From assembly GCA_026936335.1 (NCBI GenBank), contig JAPMXV010000044.1, forward strand, positions 496,001 to 560,000: 64,000 bases of DNA. Direction: 5' to 3'. How positions within the stretch are numbered: the first letter of the stretch is position 1; every line of letters begins with the position of its first letter. The stretch comes from Mantamonas sphyraenae STR306. Its lineage: Eukaryota; Protista; CRuMs. The notes under the pieces were generated by a model. That model was not told where the DNA came from, did not search any database, and saw only the letters and a program-made list of their open reading frames with translations. Positions 1 to 10,600 of the stretch are shown one piece after another. Position numbers and translations under genes: made by a program.

Positions 1-589
1 CCTCAGCTTCCAGCTCGGCGACGTCACCGCAAGTGCCTCCTGGCTGACGCGATGCATCCAGCTGGCACGCACCAGCAACAACCAGCTGGTGGAGCTTCAG
101 GCCTGGCTTCGCCGTGCAATGCATCTCCTTGACGCAGGCAAGACGGAGGCAGCCTTGCGCGTCCTGGGAATTCTCGGCGGCCTCTGGGAGGCTGCCATTC
201 AGTACGACGAGACCCTACGGTACGATTGTGCCTACCTATTCTATTTGCAAACCATTGCGCAGGCCCAACTGCAGAATGGTGACCCAACAGCCGCCCTCAT
301 GCAGCTCGAGGTCCTGCTGAGCAACATCCGCTTCCAACACGACCTCGACGACGACGAGCTCCTGTGCCAGGTGTGTCGCACACAGCCAGACACGTTTGCT
401 GTGTGTGTGTACGAACAGTTTGTGCGCTGGCTCATCGCATTGGCCAAACGCGGCATGCTCCTCAGCAACAGCTTCAGTCTTGACACGGTGTTTGCCACTG
501 CTGACACGTCCATCCTGCCCCCCGGTCGCGCTCACGACCTTGCCCACTCGCTCATCAAGAAGTACAAAGTCAAGGCCACGGTGACGTGA
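1..589 (+). CDS. 3' part of a gene truncated by the window edge; helical (TPR-like) protein of unknown function
   Basis: The frame of ORF 89..589 stays open back to position 2 and ends at TGA 587-589. The sequence has an amphipathic Ala/Leu-rich helical pattern (e.g. AQLQNGDPTAALMQLE). No family recognised. Confidence 0.55.
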   Translation, partial: LSFQLGDVTASASWLTRCIQLARTSNNQLVELQAWLRRAMHLLDAGKTEAALRVLGILGGLWEAAIQYDETLRYDCAYLFYLQTIAQAQLQNGDPTAALMQLEVLLSNIRFQHDLDDDELLCQVCRTQPDTFAVCVYEQFVRWLIALAKRGMLLSNSFSLDTVFATADTSILPPGRAHDLAHSLIKKYKVKATVT

Positions 590-624
590 ATGCCTCCGTC
601 CATTTTCTTCAATTTGCTTCTTTC

Positions 625-3600
625 TCATGCAATGTCTGTGCGCGACGAACCACGAGGTTCTCGCAGCAAACTCAGCGAGTACAGAGCATTTTCGTCGTAC
701 TGGGTCATGGATCCCAGCAGTTGAATCACCGTGGCGTTCTCCTTGAACGTATACTCAAGTTGTTGGTGCTTCTGCAAGCGCTGGATGACCTGATACACCA
801 GACGATGCTTCTGAAAGTTAATCATGCCTCCGATGGCCGAAGGGTTGCCCTCTTCAATGAAAGTCAGGTCGGACATATACAATCCGATGTACGGGAAGCA
901 GGGCTCGCCCTGGGCCTCGTCCACCGCTGTGCGCAGCGCAGCCCACGAATTGTTGGGCGACAGAAGCGCACGCATCACCTCCATGGTTTCCTTGCATCCG
1001 GTGTTGACCAGGTTGCGCGTGTGCTTCATGCGGTGCACGGCAGCCACTGTCAGGCCAGAATTCACAGCCATCACTCCCTGGTAGTTGCGCAGCGCAAGCA
1101 ATTCCTGTGCCACACCCACCCAGTGCGTGACGAGTGCCGCGCGGTCTTTCACATGCGCCTCTGACACAATCATCGATGCCACGCCGTTGCTAAATTGGTT
1201 GAAACGCTCAACCAGCAACGTCACATTTGGCGAACGGTGCTGTGTCTCCTTTTTGCTCCACGCCAGGTCCAACAGTTCCCGAGGCTTGATCCCCTGGAAC
1301 ACGACAAAGTCCCGCAGAGTGATCTGCCTGGCCAGTTCCTTTGGTGACGTTCCAATGATCAGCATGTTTACCGTCACGCCCTCGGTGCGCAACAGCGACG
1401 ACTCCTTCTGTACTGTCATCAGCAGCTCTTCGTCCTCTTCAGCATCCAAGAACACCCCGTCCTGCATCACATCCACGCCCTCCATGCTTGCATCCACTTC
1501 ATCCGTACTGCTGCTATCGTTCTTGCTACTGCTGCTGCTGCTGCTGCTGCTACCGCTGCCGTCGCCGCCGGTGCTGACGTTTGCGTTGGCGTCGGCGTTG
1601 GCGTTTGTGCCGCTGTCGCTCCGCTCCTCTGTGCTTTCGCTATCGTTGTTGCTCTCGACACCGTCGGCATTGTCGTCCCCATCCTCGTCTGTGCTCCCTC
1701 CCTCTTGCGCACTGAGAGCCAGAAGAGAGCGCGCGGTGGGCATGGCTCCACTTCCGATTCCAGACTCGAGCGAGCGCATCGTAACGCTGCGTCGTTCGGT
1801 TTCCTTCACTTCCAGCTCGGTGTCCCGCAGCAACTTGTGGAAACGCACAGAGTCGCCCCGACGCTTGGCAGTATTGTCCACATGAGCATCGAGGAATTTA
1901 CCCAGCTGCTGGCGCAGGAACGGGTTCTTGCGAAAGTCTGCGTATCCGATGGAAACCCAGGTGTACAGGACGTCCAACACGGTGTCTTGCACGGGCTTCA
2001 CGACGTCCTTTTGGTACTCCTCCAGAGTGCGACCCTCGAGCTCGAGCAACTCCTGCTCAGGTTCGGGTACCAGGTAGCGTTGCACAAGCTTGTCCAGCAG
2101 TGCTTTCGGAGTGGTGAACGAACGATATGTGGTGAGAAAGGCGTTGACAAATGTCAAATGCTCCTTGCGGTCCTCCTTGGACGCAGGTGTGGTCAGCCGC
2201 AACACCAGAACGTTAAGCGTGCCAGCACGCAGCACTCGTTCGCCAGATTCTGTTTCTTCCAGCATAATGGTGCGCCCATCCACTTCGTTGGTGTCCCACA
2301 GGCTGTCACTGTCGTCGCCGTCGATGGAGGGCGAAGAGGAGCCACGCAGGGCGTTCCTGGACAGGGTTGGCGTCTTGGCTCCCTCTGAATTGCTCTCGCC
2401 GTGGTAGTATTGCATGGTGCAGTCGATGAGACCGCTCATGCAGTCTACAAAAGCCTTGAGTGCTGCCACGAGGTTCATGAGCATCATGGGGTCGCCGACG
2501 CGCGCCAGCAGAGCGTTGACCTGCTCTTCCTCGGCCTCTGAAGAGAAGCTGGTCACGGAGCTACTGCGGGAGCGAAGTGAGCGGTCGCTGGCGACCGAGT
2601 TGCCACGCCCACGTCGTCCGCTTGCGCTTCTCGAACTCCCCCCTTCGGCAAGTCCGTCTTCGAAAGCGTCGTCGTTGCCGCTGCTTGCGCCGCCATTGTC
2701 ATCCAGGCCCTGGCTGCGAGGCGATTCGAGGTCGCCAGGGTCATTGGAGTCGATGGAGCCCTGTGAGGGCGAGTTGTGAAGGTTCAGCGCCCCGGTCAGC
2801 GAGCTGGAGCGGGCGCGCGTGGACACAGAGGCGATGGTGGTGCCTGTGGGAGTGGAAGTGTTTGCAGCAGTCGATGAGGACGAGGAGGACATGGTCATGG
2901 TGGTGCTGACACGTCGATCTCGCTCCTTGACAAGGTCGCGCACATGGCCAATGACGACGTTGGCTGCGGTTCGCACGTCGGTGCGGGCGCTCATCATGCG
3001 CTGCCTCCGCTCGGCCACGTTCTCGTTGCCCATTTGCTCCAGAGAAGTGATGGCCTCCTGTCGCAATTCCTTGGTCACGACACCGCTCTGTTTGAGAAGC
3101 GAATTCATGGCCACAAAGAAGCAGGTCATGTCCCAGCCGACGGGCGCATCCACACTGTCGTCGAGACCCGACAGGCTCGTGTCGTCTGCCAACAGGCTGA
3201 CGGAGCTGCAGATGGGCTTGTTGTCCAGGAGGGCGTCAATTAGGGCGAGAGTCTGGTCGACCACGGCGCGAATCGAGTCGTACACAGGCTGCTTGAATTG
3301 GCTGACCTGGTCACGCAGCTCGTGTGTAGAGGTGCGTGCGCTTTCGAGATCGTTTTCGGCCACGGTTTGCTGGCAGGCAATGGTGGTGGCGCGGAAGAAG
3401 CGACGCACGGCGGGACGGAAAGTCCGGGTGAGGTAGTTGGTGACGGAGTTTTGGCCCTCGACGCCTCCACGCGAGCCCGAAGGCTCAAGCTCAGGTACGT
3501 CCAGCACACCTCGCACAAACTTGACCAGCTCCTGTTCGAGCATCTCGATGCGGCCGTCCTCGAGAGTGAGCAAGTGTCGCAGCTGGTCCGAGTGCACTTG

Positions 3601-5129
3601 CTTGGCCACAGCCAGGCCCGCACGTTGCGACTTGCGCAGGGAGGCCTGCAGTTTGGGCAGGTCTTCCTCCACCTGGTCGGAGCTGATCTCAAAGGCTCGC
3701 AACAGGGCGCGTTCGCGCTCCTTGATCTCCCGGTGGCAAGCAAGCAACTTGTCCTGCTCCGTCATGGTGTACTGGGTCATCAGCGACCGCGCGGAGTTTT
3801 CCATGTGCGTCTTGGCATCGCGCAGCTGCTTCTTATAAAGAACTCCTGTGGGTGTAGGCCTCCGTGTTAGCGGACGACGTGTGCAAAACACAGAAATTGC
3901 GACCGCCGGTCCTCGCAGAGCGTCGCGTGTCCCGGAAAAAACCTGTTTCAACGCACCTTTGATGCTGCTGCGATGTTCAGTGGCGCCTTTGTTTGTGCCC
4001 AGGCCATCGGTCATGTCAAACATGGTCTGTGTGTAGTCGTGGGTGCTCTGTGGGCCGCAGGGCGTGCGTTGGTGAGCGTCAAAAACAGGGCGAGAGAGGA
4101 AAGGGGGGGCTCTTGAGGTACCTTCATCATGGTCGTAAACGCGGCCGTGGCGGCGAGAGAGCCCTGCAACACAGTCATTTGGGCATCGCTCTGCATCATA
4201 ACCTCGGCGCTCTCCTTGCTGGCAGCCATGAGTTGGTCCAGGGACACGAGGGACTCGCGGGCAGCGGTTTCGAGCTGCAGCAGCGCGGCAAAGAGCGAAT
4301 CGACACTTTTGGCATACTCGGCCGCAGCAGACGAGAGGCCACCTTGATCAAACATGACCGAGGGATCAAAGCCAGACGTCTGCAGGGTCGCCATGCTGGT
4401 GCTCATGGGCCTACGATTGCCACCGAGGGAGCGCAGGGAGCCCTTGCGGGAGGCCCGCAGCGAGCCGGACTCTGCAAGGTCCTCTTCCAGGCGCAGATGG
4501 GCGGGCGAGCCCCCGGGTCCACCGCTACTTGTGCTAGCTGGCGACGAAGAGTTGATGACGACCACGCCCCTGGGGCTTCCGGGTCCTGCGCTGCCGTCGC
4601 TGTCGATGGAGCTGCTCTTTCCGCGCCGGCTGCCAAGAAACGTGGGCTTCTTGGCAAACAGGTTGGACGCCGAGCCACCACCGTTGGACAGGCCGGGCGG
4701 ACGTGATGTGGAGTTGCTGCGAAAGCGCTGGAACTTGCTGTTGTTGGCGTTGCCCTCCTCCGCGTCGAACTCCGACGTGCGTTGCGAGGGCACGCTTTCG
4801 ACGCTCGGCGACTTGCGCATGGTGCGTGTCACACCTTGCTCGCCTTCCACGAGGTTGCCCGAGCTATGACTGAGCGCGTTCAGTGCGCTGGCACGCTTCT
4901 GCGACTCTGGATTGGACATGGAGAAGCTGCTGCCGTTTCCGTTGCCTACAAATGGCTGCTGCGGCCTTTTGTCGTCCTCGTCCCCTTCGCTCGCATCTGT
5001 GTCGGTGCTCCCTTGCGAACGACCAGCCTTTAGTTTGGACATGAAGCCCCGCTTGGACTTCTTGGCGTCCTCCGAATTGTCAGACGACGAGCTGGATCGG
5101 AACAGAGAGCGGCGTTTGGAGCTGGACAT
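625..5129 (-). CDS. Ras guanine-nucleotide exchange factor (REM + CDC25-homology domain) with Ser-rich and coiled-coil/helical N-terminal region; probably 3 exons
   Basis: REM motif AGTLNVLVLRL...FLTTYRSFTTPKALLDKLVQRY. CDC25 motifs ELARQITLRDF, LRNYQGVMAVNSGL, PYIGLYMSDLTFIEEGNP and INFQKHR. Likely ATG 5129 (MSSSKRR). Introns 4121-4027 (GTACC..CACAG, phase 0) and 3956-3846 (GTGCGT..GCTAAC..CACAG, 111 nt, in frame and stop-free, so the ORF track reads through it). Confidence 0.9.
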
Positions 5130-5295
5130 CTTGGTTGCGCGGCACTGCGCGAGGCGAAATTGAACTGGTTTGGCCCCGGAGCTGGAGAGGTCGGCGACCA
5201 TGGACACCAATCGAATCACTTCCAGCGTTGGCCACGGCAAACTCTCACTGCGGCATCTCGGCTGTTCGCCAGCCGGGCCAGTGTTTCCAGAACGA
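5130..5295. promoter_or_regulatory. Putative short bidirectional promoter (RasGEF / NDUFA7-like)
   Basis: 166 bp between two divergent predicted start codons. Inferred from geometry only. Confidence 0.45.
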
Positions 5296-6151
5296 ATGAG
5301 CCGCAAGGGAGTGCTGGACAGCATCATCGAGCCCATCAAGAAGTAAGAGCGTGTGTATGCGTGTGTGTGTGCATGCGTCTTGCACAACCATACGCTCTGT
5401 GCAAAGATTTGGAGAACGATTCGCGGTCTGAATCCGGCCATGCGCTGACACTCACCGTTCACCCGCTCGCGTTCCCCCTGGCCACGTTCCAACCACCCGG
5501 CTTTGTGCACCTCACCTCACTTCCGCCTGAATCCTGCAAAGACGTGTGCTTCTCAACGTGGAGGCTGTCGACGCCATTCCCAGCACATCATACCGCTCGC
5601 CCAAGCCTTAGTACGTGAGAGGGCTTCCGCCTTGGCGCCGCTTCCTCGGTCGCCTTTCCCCAGCCTGCCCACCTTCCCCTGCATCTTCCCACGTCTTGCT
5701 TCGGCCGTACAACGGTGCTGGCCTTTGCCGTGATTATCCAAACACGTCAAGGGCCCCAAGTCGGCTTGCGTGTGGGCCCTGTGTGCGCGACGGCGGCGTC
5801 TGACTCGCATCGTACACCCGCTCCTGCACCCACAGCGAGGTGTCCAAGCCTCTGTACGGCCCCAGCCAGAACTCATCGCTTGCAGCCAACCGCTACCATG
5901 TGCGTGATAGCCGACGCATCGTCGAGCGACCCATCGTCATGTCCCTGGACAACCTCGACGGAAAGGCCAGCTCCCAGGAGAATGCCGAGGGTGAGAGTGT
6001 ACCCGCAGACCAGCACGAGTTTGACGGCGCTGCTGACCTCAGCGGGCACACGCCAGCCTTTGTCAACACCGACCTCACTGAGCTCCTGTCCTCCAACTTG
6101 CCTCCCGTACCTGGCACAAACCCCATGGCCCTGTTCCGCTCCGCAGAGTGA
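5296..6151 (+). CDS. NDUFA7: NDUFA7/B14.5a-like mitochondrial complex I accessory subunit; exons 5296-5342, 5584-5610, 5836-6151
   Basis: Splicing at GT-AG sites gives MSRKGVLDSIIEPIKNTSYRSPKPYEVSKPLYGPSQNSSLAANRYHVRDSRRIVERPIVMS..., which resembles the NDUFA7 core ([28 protein letters not shown]). Confidence 0.6.
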
Positions 6152-6228
6152 TCCATGTGCATGTACGACGTCCACACAACAAAAAGAATCCATTTCATCA
6201 TCCTCTTTGCTCATTGCCTGCACTCTCG

Positions 6229-7613
6229 CTACGACTTGAACGCGGGGTCACGCACCTCCCGATCGGGCTGGTACTTCTGCCGAAACGAGCCGTAGTTCTT
6301 GTTGGCCTTGCCCGCCACAAACGGGTCATACTCCTCGTCTTCATCCTCATCTGCCTGCACCAGCCCCTCGCGCAGATCGGAAAAGTCCACCGTCTGCTGA
6401 TACTTGTAGTTCTGGTAGTGCACCCGCTCGGGCATCAGTTTCAGCGCAATTGCGTCCACAATTGCCGTCGCCACGCTCAGCAATGCCATTCCAGACACAA
6501 ACTGCAGCAGCGTGGTCTGCACATCCGGCCAACCCAGCTGTCCAGACATCAGAAACACCACACGCACGCCGTGACGGTTCAGCACAATCCGTTCTCCCGG
6601 GTAGTCCTTGTACAACACCTGTTCCACCTTGTACTCAGCCCCAGGAATGATGCTCAGATCGTAGGTGTAGTTCACCTTGCGAAAGTCGTACGTCAGCTCG
6701 TTCGTATAGATGATTTCAAACACCACAACAATTCCGTCGTACCGGTTCGTGGAATTGCCCGGATTGCTCGTCGACGACGCGTCCAGGTCGATCTTTCCAC
6801 TTTCCAAAAGCTTGCCAAGCGAAAAAATATCTCCCTTCAGGATTCCCAGCCTGCACTTGTTGTCCTTGTCGTCATCACACAACTCGATCGCGTCGCCGTC
6901 CTCGTTCCGCAGCACGCCTGTCATGTTACGCATGTTGGCATGAACTCCGATGGTGCGAGTGCGCACTGCGTGGTCAACCATAATCGTGTACGACTCGATG
7001 TCCGCCAAATACAGCTCGGGCCCGGCGATTTTGGGGAACCGGCAGGTTGGGTCCTCCCTCGAACAGTTGATGTTCTGTCTGGCTTCCTGCACACGCGTTG
7101 CTATGAACATCGATTGTTCCTCTTCCTCCGGATACAACGCGTCCAGTTCGTCCCAATATTGGCACGGCAAAGGGTTCGCTTTCGCCGCCGGGTTGCGCGA
7201 GCAGTAATTGAACGTATCCGGCTGTGCGAAATGCTTCGGCGACTTGAGACTCGATCGAATCGTGCCAATAGGACCCTCTCCTGCGCATGCGCGTCATGTC
7301 AGCTCGGTTTCACCTCCCAAACGCGACATTCCCCGCGACGGCGTGGATTTCGGCGCGCGACCGGCCTCGTTCGCCCGCCGCTCACACGCGCGCACTCACG
7401 TTTCAAAAACCCCCTTCGCAAAAACAGCACCACACCGATGATGTAGAACGTAATCAGCAACTGAAAGACATAGTGCAAGATGCCCAGCCGCCGGTCTTTG
7501 ATGCTCACAAACTTGATCGTCTTGTACGCAAAGATCTCGTCTGGATCATGATGCTGGAAGAACTTGCGGCACGGTCGACAAGGATCCAGGTCCTGAAACA
7601 CGCCAAACACCAT
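6229..7613 (-). CDS. P2X: P2X purinoreceptor (ATP-gated cation channel family, protist type); exons 7613-7400, 7280-6229
   Basis: N-terminal YKTIKFVSIKDRRLGILHY (YxTxK motif) followed by TM1, a Cys-containing ectodomain, RHGVRVVF...G before TM2 (LLQFVSGMALLSVATAIVDAIA), and a C-terminal YxxxK (YQNYK). Intron GTGAGT..GCAG restores the frame. Confidence 0.92.
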
Positions 7614-7674
7614 GGAGAAACGGAAGAGACGGGCTGGCTACCCTGGCGCGAATCGACAATCGTGCATTCTTTCC

Positions 7675-10600
7675 TCACCGCCTGTCCACAGGGTACACCA
7701 CAATCCCCTCGTCGGACATCTTCAATGCAATGCGTGCACTGCTACTGCGACGCATGCCCTTCTCTCCGGTCGACGATGATGCCTTGCGGGAACGAACGGA
7801 CGACGACCGCCGCATCCCCTTTTCACTCCCCACGCTACTGTTGCTCGTGCTACGCGTCATGCTTCGGTTCGAAGGCTTGCGTTTGAGCGATTCTCGTCGC
7901 TCACTCATTCGCCGATCGTCCACGGACAGCGAATTCGTCGAGGTCAACGCCGCTGCCGCCGCTGCTGCCGCCAGATCCTCCTCTGTCAGCTCCCCGTCTC
8001 CTCCTCCTCCTTCTTGCGCCTTGAGCATGCCCATGCTCATCAGAGACACCATTTCCTCGCTAAACTGCAATCGCCGCGCTTCGCCAAAGAGCATGTGGTC
8101 CGCAATTAGCCCCATGCCTCCAGCCCTGTTGTCCTCGCCCCGCACATGTTTCACCACCGCCTCTGAGCACAGAATCTCGCCTCTTGCTGCGTTGGTCATC
8201 ATCGCTTCCATCACTCGCACTCCAAACCCGTGCACCTGGAAACTCGGCTGCGGGGATTGGAACAGTCCAACATGGCATGGGCTCGCGTGCATCACCACAG
8301 ACACGTTGAACGCAGTCTTTGTCGACAAGCCTGGAATTTGCTGTTTGCGCAGGCGTCTGCACACCTCCTGGATGCGTTTCGCTGCAAGAACCGCCGACAG
8401 ACACATCATTGCCCCGCTCAGCTCAAAGTACGGCGGTCCAAACACGCACCACACTCGGTTGTCTGCGCTGCTTACCACCACGCCCTCCTTTTCGTGCACA
8501 ATCTCCTGCACCACACTCGCAAACACCTCGTTCATCCGATGTGCCGCTGCCGGGTTCTTGGACAGTCTGCCCATGCGTTTGCTCTCCGTACTCCCAAAGT
8601 GAAAGCTGCGCAGCTCCACCATCATGTTCACCACCGTCTTGCATCTGGGGAACAGTGTGTCCTCCATGTTGCTGTCCCGCATCAGCTCCTCCACAATGTC
8701 ACTCGGAAAGTGCCGAAACAGTTTCCCAAACGCTATCCCCGTCCGCGCGATCTGCTGGCCCACCTCATGCTTCCAGATGCGCAGAAACTCCGTCACCTCC
8801 ACATGGTGGAACGACGCCTTGGCCATGCTCCCACTGCCCTGCTGTTTCTCCCCTCCTCCGCCTGCCTGCTTGAAACTCGTACCGCGACTGGCCTCGTTCT
8901 CGTCGCTCTCCTCCTCCCCCTTGTTGCCGTTGCTGCTCTTGTTCTGCGTCTCCTTTCCCTTCTCACCCTCTCCTTTGCTTCCGCCACTGCTGCTCCCTCC
9001 CAATCCCTTGACCTCCTCCCCGTCACCGTTCCCTTCCCCGCCTCCTTCCCCTTCCCCATCCTCTTCGCCTCCTTTCTTGCCATGCTTCACATCCGCCACC
9101 TCCATCACAAGCTTTCCGCGCACAGCTCCGCTCTTGTACGTGCCTCTGTCCTGATCACGTCTCTGCAGCACCAGCAGCGCATTTGTTAGTTCGTTGTTGC
9201 CCACGTTGAAGGGCATGTGGTGCATGTGCTTGCTGCTGTCGTTGCTTGTGTTCTCCAGCCCAAAGCGCTTGCGCACCGCGTCGACGTGCTTGGGTTTGGT
9301 CATTGCCACCCACTGCGAGCGTGCCACCACAATCCCTGGTTCCGTGGGCCTCATGTCGTTCAGCGAGTTGCGTGTCACCGTCCCGTTGCGCAGCGCCACG
9401 TAGTGCAACACCACTCCCTCTTCCGCCTCCTCATTCTCCAACGACGCTCCACTCTCCAGCAGCGACTGGATGCGCCGCCCTCGCGATCCTGGTCTTCCCG
9501 TGCCCACCGTGCTTCCACGCCGGCCAGTCGTCCCGTTGTTCGTTTGCTCCTCGTCGCTTTTCAGGCCATGCAACCGCAACACCGTCTCAAATTCCGACCC
9601 GCCCCCTTCTGCGCCCGGGTCTTGCGAACGGAAGCTGCTCCCACGAGCGTCGCTCTCCTCCTTGCCCGACTTGCGCCTTCCGGCCTTGCGTTGATCCTTG
9701 TCTTCAGCCTTGGACGACGGACTGCCTGCCAGGTCTCCATCTTGCTCGTCATCATCATCATCCTCAGCCGTCGAGTCTGTGATCCGCAGCTCATCCAGCA
9801 TGGTTGCCATGCTCACTCTCGTGCGTGTTCGCGTGTCCATGTCCGTCACACTCACACTGTGCCGCCTGGAGTTGGCTTGACGAGCCAAACGGGCCTGAGC
9901 GGGCGAAACAAGCACACTGTTGTTGTTGCTGCTACTGCTGCTGCTGCTGCTGCTTGCTCCACCTCGGCTTCCCTGCACCGTAACTCGCGGCGACAACAAC
10001 GCGTTCATGTGAGTACTCTTGGATCCGTCCCGAAAACCATTTTGCGGCTGCACAGACAACCTTCGTCCTGCTTGACCGCCCACCAACGACTGGTGACGGC
10101 TTTGCAGTTTTCCCTCAATCGGGTCGTTCAGCAACTCGCTCATGGGATTGTGCACCTCGCCGTCAACACCCCCAGGCAGCAGGTCGAACATGTGTCGCCG
10201 ATCGTCGTCCAGTACGTACACAAACAGGCACGAGCTGACCCCCATTTCGGCACACATCAACTGCAATGACGCAATGATGCCGTTCTGCAGCCGTTCCAGA
10301 TTCATCGGCGTCACAAACTCGCGCACAATCCTCGTGCGAAGCCCGCTCAGTCGTCGTTTGCGAGCCAGCATGCGCATGGTCTCGGACGTACTCACGGCGT
10401 GACACCATTCCCGAAGGAGCACGGGAAGCACGTTGGAAATCTGCATACTCTGCGTGTCATGCACGGTGTGTCCTTCCAGACTCATCTTCCGCCGCGATCG
10501 GCGCGACCGACGTTCCTCCGCCTGAAACGTGAAATTGGATGGCAGAAGCAACGAGTTCAGCTGCTCCGCACGCTCTTGGCCTGCTTCCAGCTCCGGCAAC

